A model generated the notes under the pieces. That model saw nothing but the letters and a program-made list of their open reading frames with translations. It did not search any database and was not told the DNA's origin. The position numbers and the translations under genes were made by a program. 64,000 nt of DNA from Spirochaetia bacterium (lineage in GTDB: Bacteria; Spirochaetota; Spirochaetia; SZUA-6; Bin103). Below, piece by piece: positions 17,754 through 26,634 of this stretch (its first letter is position 1; each line of letters starts with the position of its first letter). Where the stretch lies: positions 1,184,001-1,248,000 of the forward strand of contig OZ241907.1 of assembly GCA_965203515.1 (NCBI GenBank), in the 5' to 3' direction.

Positions 17754-20204
17754 ATGAGGGGCCGGCCATTTTTCGTCTCCGCGGCCCTGCTGCTCCTGAC
17801 GGCGGGCGTCGGCGTCGCGCTCGGGTTGGCCTTCGCAGGCACGCGGAATATCCGCGGCCTCGACATCTACGAGACCGGCCGCCCCGCCCTCCCGACGCAG
17901 CTCCTGGACCGCCGCGGCCGGCTCATCACGCAGTTCTTCTCCGTGGAGAAGCGCGAGATCATCCGCTTCGAGGAACTGCCCCCGCACCTGATCGACGCGC
18001 TGCTCACGCGCGAGGACCGGCACTTCTACCGGCATCCCGGGTTCCGCATTCCGGACATCCTGCGAGCGGCCTGGACCACCCTGCGCGGCAGCTTCGGCGG
18101 CGGCGCCAGCACCATCACCCAGCAGCTCGCCGGCACCCTGTTCGCGGACCGGTCGGAGATCACCCTGCGGCGCAAGCTCCGCGAGCTCTGGTACGCGATT
18201 CAATTGGAGCGCTGGCTCACCAAGGACGAGATCCTGGAGCGCTACCTGAACCTGGTCTACTTCGGCGAAGGGACCTACGGGATAGAGGCCGCCGCGCAGT
18301 TCTATACCGGCCGCTCGGCGCGCGACATCACGGTGGCGGAGGCGGCCATGCTGGTCGTCCAGCTCAACCGGCCGGGCGGCAACTCACCCTTCACCGACCC
18401 CAACCGCGCACGCGAGCTGCAGACCCTCATCCTGGGGCAGATGGCGGAGCTCGGGCACGTCAGCGCCGAGGAGGCGGCGCGTTCGCTGGCCGAGTACTGG
18501 GACGGCTTCGACTTCACGCGCTCCAACGCCAGCAGCGCCTTCTACGAACGCGTCGACCTGGCGCCCCACTTCAGCGAGTACGTCCGCCTGCAGCTCGAGG
18601 AGCTGCTGCTCGGTTCGCTGGACGTATACCGGGCCGGCCTGATCGTGCATACCACGCTCGACCTCGACCAGCAGGCGATCGCCGAGGCGGTGATGGAAGA
18701 GCACCTGGACCGGGTCAACGATCTCCGCAACGCCCAGCGCCGCACGCGCATCGCCGTCACCGAAGACGATTACCTGCCGCTGGTCGACCTGCTGTCGCTC
18801 GCCTTCGACATCGACCGGCTGCGCGTCGGCAACCACGCGGACCGGGTGGCCGGGCGCGCGCGATTCGACGACGAGCTGAGCCCCGCGCTCGACCTGCTGG
18901 CGCTGATCTGGGACGCCGGCGAACTCAAGGCGCTGACCCGGCGGGTCCGCGAGGAGCGGACGCTGCGGCAACGGCGCGTCGACGTGCAGGGCGCGCTGGT
19001 GTCGATCGCGCCGTCGAGCGGGCACGTCCTGTCGATGGTCGGGGGACGTGACCTGGAGCGGGGCAATCAGTTCAACCGCGCCGTGCAGTCGAAGGTGCAG
19101 CCCGGCTCGGCCTTCAAGCCGCTGTACTATTCGGCGGCGATCAGCTCGGGCGCACTCACCCCGGCGACCATGCTGGACGACGCGCCGGTCGTCTTCCGCA
19201 ACGACGACGGCAGCCCCTACGTCCCCCGGAACTACCTGGGCGAGTGGCAGGGGCCGGTGTTGGCCAGGAGCGCGCTGAAGCACTCCATGAACGTGCCGTC
19301 GCTGCGCGTGCTCGACATGATCGGCTTCGACGCCGCCATCGAGCGCGCCAGCCGGATGCTCGGGATCAGCGATCCGCGTGAGATCGAGGCGACGTTTCCG
19401 CGCAAGTATCCGCTTGGACTCGGCGTGATCACGGTGACGCCGCTGCAGATGGCACGCGCCTACGCCGCTTTCGCCAACCAGGGCCGCGCGGTGGAGCCGG
19501 TCGCGATCCGGTATGTCGAGGACCGCGACGGACGGGTCGTACTGGAGGTGGAAAAGGACCTGCGCGATCGACAGCGGGCGGCCGGTGATCGCCTGCGGAT
19601 CATGGACCCCGCCGCCGCCTACCTGATGGTCGATCTGCTGCGCAGTACCGTGACGTCGGGGACGCTGACGGGAGCGGCCTGGCGGGTCGGCGGCCTGGAC
19701 TTCCCGGTCGCCGGCAAGACCGGCACCACGCAGAACTGGTCGGACGCGTGGACGGTGGGCTTCACTCCGCACGTCGTGACCGCCGTATGGATGGGATTCG
19801 ACGAGCTCGGCGAATCGCTCGGCCGGAGCCTGTCGGGCGGCCGGGCCGCCGGCACGACGTGGGCGGACTACATGAAGCGCGTCCACGCCGGACTGCCGGT
19901 CGCGGAGTTCGAGCGGCCGGCCGCCGGGCTGATCGAGGTCGCGGTCAACGCGCGCTCCGGCCTCCTGCCGTCCGGCGAGCCGCGCGAGTCGATCATCCGC
20001 GAGCTGTTCCTCATCGGCACCGAGCCGCGGGCTCGTGACACGCTGGCCGGCGCGGAGGCGGCCCGTCGCGAGGCGGTGGCGAACCATCTGCGTCAGGCGG
20101 TGGCCACCATCGACGTCGATTCGTCGCCGTTCGAGCCCCTGGACGCGCCCGCCGCCGGGACGGGACAATCGGACCCGGCGGCGGGCAATCCGCTGCTCGA
20201 CTGA
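17754..20204 (+). CDS. mrcA: Penicillin-binding protein 1A (bifunctional transglycosylase/transpeptidase)
   Basis: N-terminal TM; EDRHFYRHPG, GASTITQQL, RKLRE; SAFK (SxxK), SMN, KTG. Confidence 0.93.
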   Translation: MRGRPFFVSAALLLLTAGVGVALGLAFAGTRNIRGLDIYETGRPALPTQLLDRRGRLITQFFSVEKREIIRFEELPPHLIDALLTREDRHFYRHPGFRIPDILRAAWTTLRGSFGGGASTITQQLAGTLFADRSEITLRRKLRELWYAIQLERWLTKDEILERYLNLVYFGEGTYGIEAAAQFYTGRSARDITVAEAAMLVVQLNRPGGNSPFTDPNRARELQTLILGQMAELGHVSAEEAARSLAEYWDGFDFTRSNASSAFYERVDLAPHFSEYVRLQLEELLLGSLDVYRAGLIVHTTLDLDQQAIAEAVMEEHLDRVNDLRNAQRRTRIAVTEDDYLPLVDLLSLAFDIDRLRVGNHADRVAGRARFDDELSPALDLLALIWDAGELKALTRRVREERTLRQRRVDVQGALVSIAPSSGHVLSMVGGRDLERGNQFNRAVQSKVQPGSAFKPLYYSAAISSGALTPATMLDDAPVVFRNDDGSPYVPRNYLGEWQGPVLARSALKHSMNVPSLRVLDMIGFDAAIERASRMLGISDPREIEATFPRKYPLGLGVITVTPLQMARAYAAFANQGRAVEPVAIRYVEDRDGRVVLEVEKDLRDRQRAAGDRLRIMDPAAAYLMVDLLRSTVTSGTLTGAAWRVGGLDFPVAGKTGTTQNWSDAWTVGFTPHVVTAVWMGFDELGESLGRSLSGGRAAGTTWADYMKRVHAGLPVAEFERPAAGLIEVAVNARSGLLPSGEPRESIIRELFLIGTEPRARDTLAGAEAARREAVANHLRQAVATIDVDSSPFEPLDAPAAGTGQSDPAAGNPLLD

Positions 20205-20611
20205 TGGCCCGCAACGAACGACGGTACACCCGCGATCACCATTGGGCGCAACGGCATCCATCCGGCGTGCGCGTGGGACTGACCGAGTTCGCGCAGGAAG
20301 AGCTCGGCGAGATCACCTTCGTGCAGCTCCCCGAGATCGGCGCCCGGATCGGACGCGGTGAACCGGTCTGCGCGATCGAAGCGCTGAAGGCGGCCACCGA
20401 GCTGTACGCGCCGGTCGGCGGCACCGTGACCGCGGTCAACGAACGGCTGCGCGAGCCGGGAGCCGGGCGGCTGATCAACGACGACGCGGAAGGCCGCGGC
20501 TGGCTCTTCGAGCTCTCCCCGGCCGACGACGCCGAGCTCGACGAACTGTTGGACGGCGCCGACTACCGCCGCCTGATCGCTTCCGCCGGCCGCGAGGAGG
20601 ACGACGGCTGA
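20204..20611 (+). CDS. gcvH: Glycine cleavage H-like lipoyl carrier protein
   Basis: RYTRDHHW, VGLTEFAQEELGEITFV, lipoyl-Lys motif IEALKA, APVGGTV, GWLF. Confidence 0.85.
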   Translation: MARNERRYTRDHHWAQRHPSGVRVGLTEFAQEELGEITFVQLPEIGARIGRGEPVCAIEALKAATELYAPVGGTVTAVNERLREPGAGRLINDDAEGRGWLFELSPADDAELDELLDGADYRRLIASAGREEDDG

Positions 20612-21057
20612 TGCAGGTGGAAATCGATTCCATCGTCATTCGCAAGCGGATACGGTATGCGGTCGGCGATCTTTCGTCGCTGATGGAGAGCCTGCGCAGG
20701 CACGGGCAGCTCTGCCCGATCCTGATCAACCGCAGCTCGGTGCTGATCGCCGGCAACCGGCGGCTGGAGAGCGCTCGCCGACTGGGGTGGAAGCGCATCA
20801 ACGCGATCGTGATCGACAAGGAGTCCGAGCGCGAGACCCTGGAACTGGAGATGGAAGAGAACGTCCAGCGCAAGGCACTGCGGCCGGAGGAGCTGCGCGA
20901 GGCGATCGAACGGCTGCAGCGGCTGCAGCGGGTCAAGTGGTGGCGCCGAGCGCTGAAGGCGCTGTCGCGGCTGGCAGCCGCCGTCCTGGCGCGGCCCCTG
21001 GCGCGGCTCTACGCGCGTCTGTTCCGGCGCCGGACCGGCACCGCGAACGGCCAGTAG
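20611..21057 (+). CDS. Small ParB/Srx N-terminal-domain protein
   Basis: LMESLRRHGQLCPILI, LIAGNRRLES, EENVQRKAL; no C-terminal dimerisation region. Confidence 0.82.
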   Translation: MQVEIDSIVIRKRIRYAVGDLSSLMESLRRHGQLCPILINRSSVLIAGNRRLESARRLGWKRINAIVIDKESERETLELEMEENVQRKALRPEELREAIERLQRLQRVKWWRRALKALSRLAAAVLARPLARLYARLFRRRTGTANGQ

Positions 21058-21151
21058 TCCCACTCCTCTTTGGCAACCTGGTATACTTGGTAACGTGAGA
21101 TAACGAGCGCCGTTACCTGGGTAGCAGCGCGCCGAGGCGCCGCGGCGCGCG

Positions 21152-22912
21152 TCAACGGGCCGGTCGACCTACCGAGCCTTCCAGCGCCGCGCGGCTGATC
21201 TCGAACCAGAGCGGCCGGCCGTGCGGGCAGCGTTGCGGGTCGATGCGAAAGGAGCGTTCGAGCAGCCGCTGGCCCGACCGGTCGTCGATCACCTCCCCTT
21301 CCTTGATCGCCAGCCGGCACGCCAAGCCGCTGTACAGGTCGCGATCCCAGTCCTCCGGCGTCCCCGCGCACAGGCGGACGAAGCGGCACAGATGGCCGGC
21401 CGGCAGACGGGCCGCCGCGGCCGGTATCTCCGTGATCCGATAGCGCCCGCCGGTTTCGGCCTGCAGGCGAAACCCGCACCGCTCCAGGTCGGGCAGGAAT
21501 CCGCGCAACTCCGTTTCCTGTTCGGGCGACAGCTCGACCGACGGGCCGGCCATCAGCTTCTGCCGGTCGATCTTGCCGAGGCGCAGCCGTTCGTACAGCA
21601 CCCGCTCGTGAGCGGCATGCTGATCGACGAAGTAGATGCGATCGCCGACCTCGGCGACCAGGAAGAGTTGAAACGCCTGACCGAGGTACCGCACCGGGGC
21701 GTCCGGGTCCGGCGCGCGCCCGCGCCAGGCGCCGGCATCGACCCCGGCCGAGACGGGCGGCGGCGGACCGCCGGGCGGCGGCCGGTCGGCGATTCGCGCG
21801 CCGGCCGGCGGGCGCGGCGTCAGCGCCGGCAGCGCCGGGACCGCCGGCGCCGCGTCGGCCAGCATGGCGCCGGCAGGGGTGCCGGTCCGATCCGGCGGAC
21901 GGGAAGCCTGCTCGCCGCTCGCCGGTGACTGCCAGAACCGTACCTCGCGCTGCAGGGTCGCGCTGATCGCCCGATGCAGCTCGCCGGGGCGGCGCAACCG
22001 CGCTTCGCGCTTGGCCGGGTGCACGTTGAAGTCGACCAGCTCCGGGTCGATGTCGACGAACAGGAATGCCACGGGGTGCCGGCCGCCCGGCAGAAACTCG
22101 CCGTAGCCGTACTCGACCGCTTGGGAAAGGCCGAAGTCGTGGATGCGCCGGCGGTTGAGATAGACGTGGATCCCCGACCGGTCGCGCCGCGCCCGTTCGG
22201 GTCGCGCCGCCACCGCCGTCACCTGCAGGCCGTCGCCGCCGCCCTCAAGGCACGTGAAGTCGGCCGCGTCCAGTCCGGCGGCGGCCGCCGCCCGGTCGAC
22301 CGGCGACGCGGCCGGCAGCGTCAGCGCCCGCTTGCCATCGACCGCGAACTCGAAGCCGATGCCGGCGTGTGGCAGCGCCTTCTCGACCAGCGTGCGCCGG
22401 CACAACGCCGTCTCCGCGCCGCGGCTCTTGAGAAAGCGCCGCCGCGCCGGCAACTCGAAGAACAGCGACGACACCTCCACGGCGGTGCCGGGCACGCCGG
22501 CGCTCGGCCGCACCGCCTCGACCCGGCCGAAGCGGACCGCCACGCGGTGAGCGGCCGGCCCATCCGGCCGCCGCGAGGTGACCGACAGCACGCTGCAGGC
22601 GCCGATGCTGGCCAGCGCCTCACCGCGAAACCCCAGCGTGCGCACCCGCGTGAGGTCCTCGTGGCGGGCGATCTTCGACGTGGCGTGGCGCACGGTGCAC
22701 AACCGCAGGTCCTCCGCATCCATGCCGGAGCCGTCATCGACCACGCGGATGCGCTCCAGCCCCCCCTTGACGGCCTCTACCCGCACGTTCCGGGACCCGG
22801 CGTCGATGGCGTTGTCGAGCAGCTCGCGAACGATCGAGTACGGCCGATCGATCACCTCGCCGGCGGCGATCTGCCGGGCGGTCTCCTCGGTGAGGACGCG
22901 GATGCGGCCCAC
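21152..22912 (-). CDS. mutL: DNA mismatch repair protein MutL
   Basis: IAAGEVIDRP, ELLDNAIDAG, DDGSGM, HATSK, TLGFRGEAL, DFNVHPAK, DQHAAHER, CPHGRP; GTG 22912. Confidence 0.96.
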   Translation of the reverse strand: MGRIRVLTEETARQIAAGEVIDRPYSIVRELLDNAIDAGSRNVRVEAVKGGLERIRVVDDGSGMDAEDLRLCTVRHATSKIARHEDLTRVRTLGFRGEALASIGACSVLSVTSRRPDGPAAHRVAVRFGRVEAVRPSAGVPGTAVEVSSLFFELPARRRFLKSRGAETALCRRTLVEKALPHAGIGFEFAVDGKRALTLPAASPVDRAAAAAGLDAADFTCLEGGGDGLQVTAVAARPERARRDRSGIHVYLNRRRIHDFGLSQAVEYGYGEFLPGGRHPVAFLFVDIDPELVDFNVHPAKREARLRRPGELHRAISATLQREVRFWQSPASGEQASRPPDRTGTPAGAMLADAAPAVPALPALTPRPPAGARIADRPPPGGPPPPVSAGVDAGAWRGRAPDPDAPVRYLGQAFQLFLVAEVGDRIYFVDQHAAHERVLYERLRLGKIDRQKLMAGPSVELSPEQETELRGFLPDLERCGFRLQAETGGRYRITEIPAAAARLPAGHLCRFVRLCAGTPEDWDRDLYSGLACRLAIKEGEVIDDRSGQRLLERSFRIDPQRCPHGRPLWFEISRAALEGSVGRPAR

Positions 22913-22958
22913 GGCTACGCTCCGGCGCTGCGGGAGGGCATGCGCTGCCGGAATCGAG

Positions 22959-24461
22959 TCAGAACGGCTTGATCCAGCTTTCCACGGACGGCGCGCCGAC
23001 CAGGCCGGCGGCCGCCGGGTCATAGTGGCCGCGATAGGAGACGGTGAGCACCGTACTCCCCGTCCGATAGCTGAGCGACGTGCCGAGCGACAGGTGTTCG
23101 GCATCGAACAGATCGCCCAGACCGTCCAGGTCACGTTTCCGATAGTCGAAGGCGACCGACATCCCCTCGATTCCGATGTCGCGGACGCCGATGCGGCCCT
23201 GCACCTGCAATCCGCTCGGGATCGCGTGCGGAACGCCCGCCAGCGCGCCGCGCTCGCCGGTGAGCGGTCCGGCCAGACCGAGGTCGAAGTCGATGCGCCG
23301 GTCCAGCAGCGACAGGCCGAACCGGGCAGCCCAGCCGAGGTGCACCAGCCCCTCGAGCGCGCCGGTCCCGTTCGCCGCCGACTCCGCCGCGCGCAACGCG
23401 CGGTACTTGTCGGCCCGCAGCAGATCGTAGTCCTGGTCGAAGTAGACCGGCAGGAAGCGGTCGTCGGTCAGACGGAGCTGGAATCCGTAGCGGATCGCTT
23501 CGATCGCATTGCCCCGGACACCCAGCGTCGTGCCGATCGACCGCGAGTCCGCTTCGGAGGTGCCCAGCAACACCACGTCGCCATGGGTGGCGGCGGTGAA
23601 CGACGGATAGGCGACGATCGGCACCACCACGTCGGCGCCGAGCGCCGACACGTTCACCTGATCGGTCGCATCCGGGCCGGTCGGGTCGTGCTGGAAGGGT
23701 GAGTAGTCGGCCGCGGCGGTGACCCCCACCTGCACGGCGGAGAGCAGCGGCAGTCCCAGCGGGTACAACGGGCGTCCCCACAGCCGGCCCGCTCTCAGGT
23801 AGGCGGCGGGCAGGTGGTCGATGACCCCTTCCAGCCCCAGCACCGGGAAGTTGAACACCGCCCCGTCCACGTCGAGGTCCACGCCGAAGAGCCGGCGCGC
23901 CGGCAGCAGGCGCGTATTGGAGTAGTCGCCGACCACGAACCCGGAACCGAGCGAGGCGTAGTCGTACGAACCGAGGCGGACCACGAACGGCTCCCCTTCC
24001 AGTCCGTAGTGCGCGTAGCGGATGATCGGCAGGTACAGGTCGAAGAACGAACGGCCCGGCACGGCCGGGTCGGGGCGCCAGTCCTCGTCCCGTATCTCCC
24101 ACGTGCGCCCGTCCGGACCGCCGTCGAACCGGAAGCGGAGCTTGACGGCCAGCCCCAGGCGGAACCGGCCGGCGGTCAGCTCCGGGGCCAGGGTCGCCGA
24201 CTGCCAGGTGACGCCGGCGGCGCCGTCACCCGGGACGTGTTCCACACCCAGGCCGATGGCCGCTCCCACGGCAAAGTCGCCGGGCTGGCCGCCGTCCTGC
24301 GCCGAGGACGCCGCGGCGGGGTCCTCGGACTCGCCGCCGTCCTGCGCAAGGGCCGCGGCGCAGCCGGCCGCCAGCGCCACGGCGGCGATCGCGGCCCGGC
24401 CCGGCAGGAGGCGGCCGGGCCGGGCGCGGCCGATACCGATCTGCGCAACGTAGGGGATCAT
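22959..24461 (-). CDS. Hypothetical secreted protein, probable outer-membrane beta-barrel
   Basis: Signal-like AAIAAVALAAGCAAALA; alternating amphipathic strands; terminal Phe (WIKPF). Confidence 0.6.
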   Translation of the reverse strand: MIPYVAQIGIGRARPGRLLPGRAAIAAVALAAGCAAALAQDGGESEDPAAASSAQDGGQPGDFAVGAAIGLGVEHVPGDGAAGVTWQSATLAPELTAGRFRLGLAVKLRFRFDGGPDGRTWEIRDEDWRPDPAVPGRSFFDLYLPIIRYAHYGLEGEPFVVRLGSYDYASLGSGFVVGDYSNTRLLPARRLFGVDLDVDGAVFNFPVLGLEGVIDHLPAAYLRAGRLWGRPLYPLGLPLLSAVQVGVTAAADYSPFQHDPTGPDATDQVNVSALGADVVVPIVAYPSFTAATHGDVVLLGTSEADSRSIGTTLGVRGNAIEAIRYGFQLRLTDDRFLPVYFDQDYDLLRADKYRALRAAESAANGTGALEGLVHLGWAARFGLSLLDRRIDFDLGLAGPLTGERGALAGVPHAIPSGLQVQGRIGVRDIGIEGMSVAFDYRKRDLDGLGDLFDAEHLSLGTSLSYRTGSTVLTVSYRGHYDPAAAGLVGAPSVESWIKPF

Positions 24462-24585
24462 GCGTGCATCGCCTGTCCGTGAGGGGGATGGGACGGAGTA
24501 TACCGCAGGCGCGGCGTCCGGTACGGACGACGGCGCCCGGCGCGCAGCCAGCGCGGCGCGCAGCCCCGCCGGCGCGCCCCGCCCG

Positions 24586-25875
24586 TCACCCGGCGCCGAT
24601 CACCGCCGGCGCGACCCGGCGGAGCGCGGCATCCAGCCCCGGTCGCCGCGAGCCGATCACGGCGATCGATCGGAGCGTCTCTCCGAAGCGGGTCACCACG
24701 TCCGGTCCGAACACCGTATGCGCCTGCGCGAAGGGGACCGGCTCCGAGCCGTCTTCCGGCTGCACCAGCAGGTCGGTGGCAAAGCTGTTGCGCTCCGGCA
24801 CGTCGATCAGCACCTCATGCTCGGCGACGGGCCGGCCCAACTCCGCGGCCGCCGCGTCGCGCAGCCGGCTCTCCGCCTGCATGCGGTCCTGCGGGCGCTC
24901 CAGACCGCGGTGGCCGTCGCGCCGCCGGTCGTAGCGGACCCGCAACGCCTGCCGGTGCAGGCGCCGGGCGTGCACGGCGCCGACCAGGGCGAACGCCGGG
25001 TGGCGCCCGGCGTCGAGCAGGCGCAGGAACCCGGAGTCGGTCAGGCCGTACAGTTCGGGCCGCCGGATCCGTCCGTCCCGCATGCCCAGCAGCACCGCGC
25101 GCTTGATCATCGCGGTGGCGATGCGCACGGTCCGGTGCCAGTAGACCGCCCGGTACATCAGGTAGCGGGCGAACAACAGGCTCTCCACCGCCAACGTTCC
25201 CTGCTCCGTGATCGCCACCCGCCCGCACGCTGAACGCCGCATCTCCCCGATCACGAAGTCGACGTCCTGGATCCCGTACGGCACCCCGCAGAAGAAGGCG
25301 TCCCGGCTCAGGTAGTCCAGACGGTCGGGATCGAGCACGCCGGCCAGCAGCGCCCGCAGGAACGGCAGGCTCGGCGCCGGGTGCGTGCGGTCGACGTCGA
25401 TGATCGCCGCCACCAGTTCGGGCGCTGCGCGCACGTGGTCGCGCAGCGTCCGCGCCACCTCCCCCTCCTGTACCAGCTCGGCGGTCAGCGTCTCGTGGCG
25501 GGCGACCGCCAGATCCTTGAGCGAGTGGGCGTTGGGGTAGTGACCCAGGTCGTGCAGCATGGTGGCCGCCAGAAACGCGCGCACCTCCTCCGCTTCGATG
25601 CGCCACTCCGGCGACCGCTCGGCGATCGCGGCGATCATGCGCCCGGCCAGGTGCATGACGCCGAGCGAGTGGTTCAGGCGAGTGTGCGTGGCGCCCGGAT
25701 AGACCAGGTAGACCGGTCCGAGCTGGCGGATGTCCCGCAGGCGCTGAAACGGCGCGGTCTGCGCCAGCCGGGACATGCCGGGGCTGAGCTCGATGTTCTG
25801 CCACACAGGGTCTCGGACCGGTCGGGTGAACTCGGCCAGCACGTCGCGCACGACGCGGGCGGCGTTCAGCGGCAC
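24586..25875 (-). CDS. HD-domain phosphohydrolase (dNTP triphosphohydrolase-like)
   Basis: FQRLRDIRQLG, HTRLNHSLGV, LHDLGH, DPDRLDY, MYRAVYWH. Confidence 0.9.
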   Translation of the reverse strand: MPLNAARVVRDVLAEFTRPVRDPVWQNIELSPGMSRLAQTAPFQRLRDIRQLGPVYLVYPGATHTRLNHSLGVMHLAGRMIAAIAERSPEWRIEAEEVRAFLAATMLHDLGHYPNAHSLKDLAVARHETLTAELVQEGEVARTLRDHVRAAPELVAAIIDVDRTHPAPSLPFLRALLAGVLDPDRLDYLSRDAFFCGVPYGIQDVDFVIGEMRRSACGRVAITEQGTLAVESLLFARYLMYRAVYWHRTVRIATAMIKRAVLLGMRDGRIRRPELYGLTDSGFLRLLDAGRHPAFALVGAVHARRLHRQALRVRYDRRRDGHRGLERPQDRMQAESRLRDAAAAELGRPVAEHEVLIDVPERNSFATDLLVQPEDGSEPVPFAQAHTVFGPDVVTRFGETLRSIAVIGSRRPGLDAALRRVAPAVIGAG

Positions 25876-25956
25876 GCGCCAAAGCTACCACGTGCGCCGG
25901 TCGCTCCGGCCATCGGAGGATTTGACCCGCGGCGCGAAAACCGGCTAGCGTGCGGC

Positions 25957-26634
25957 GTGATCCGCCGGGCCCGAGCATCCCTGCCCTGCGTACTCTTGAG
26001 CATGATGCTGGTGGCTCAGGGGTGCGCGCGTTCCCGAGGCGGCGCATCCGCAGGAGCGGACGCGCCGTCCGCGGCGCCGGCGCAACAGGCCGCGGAGACC
26101 GCTCCGGTGGACGAGGGGCGCGGCGATCACTCGGGCGGGCCGTCGACCGACCGGCAGCCGGCTGCGGTCGGTTCCTCCGGCTTGCTCGCCTACCGCCCGC
26201 TCCGCCGGCTGTTGCCGGAAGACGCCATGATCGGCCCGCTGGCCGACGAGTTGAACGCCGCGGCCGGCGAACGCGCCGCGCTGACCGCGGTTGAACGGCT
26301 GCTTGCGGCGGTGCGGAGCGGCGGCCTGAACGACGCGCCGCTCTCCGCCGCGGCACGCGTCCACGTGGCGGCATCGATCGGCCACCACCTGCGCCGCGGC
26401 GTGACGCTGTCGAGCTTCCGGCTCGGCATGGTGGAACGGACCGGCGACACGGCGTTTCTGCGCGCGCGTCTGTCCGGCCCGCTCGGCAGCATTGCGGCCG
26501 AACTGTATCTGATCCAGGAGAACGACCGATGGTTCGTCGACGATCTGCAGGCGGATTGGGCGGCGCTGCAGCGCTCCCAACCCGCACCCGACCCGATACC
26601 CCTGCCGCGGCCGCACGGATGGACGTGGTTCTGA
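25957..26634 (+). CDS. Hypothetical lipoprotein
   Basis: GTG 25957 after TTGACC-18-TAGCGT; signal peptide with AQG-C lipobox; low-complexity linker followed by a compact domain. Confidence 0.6.
   Translation: MIRRARASLPCVLLSMMLVAQGCARSRGGASAGADAPSAAPAQQAAETAPVDEGRGDHSGGPSTDRQPAAVGSSGLLAYRPLRRLLPEDAMIGPLADELNAAAGERAALTAVERLLAAVRSGGLNDAPLSAAARVHVAASIGHHLRRGVTLSSFRLGMVERTGDTAFLRARLSGPLGSIAAELYLIQENDRWFVDDLQADWAALQRSQPAPDPIPLPRPHGWTWF

Noticed and set aside
17671..17757. Glycine riboswitch (GGAGAG motif, gcvH downstream) or 25-codon uORF GTG 17680..TGA 17757
   Set aside because: No CCGAAG or CUCUCAGG core for a glycine aptamer. The AAGGAG is only 1 nt from the GTG, too close to act as an RBS.
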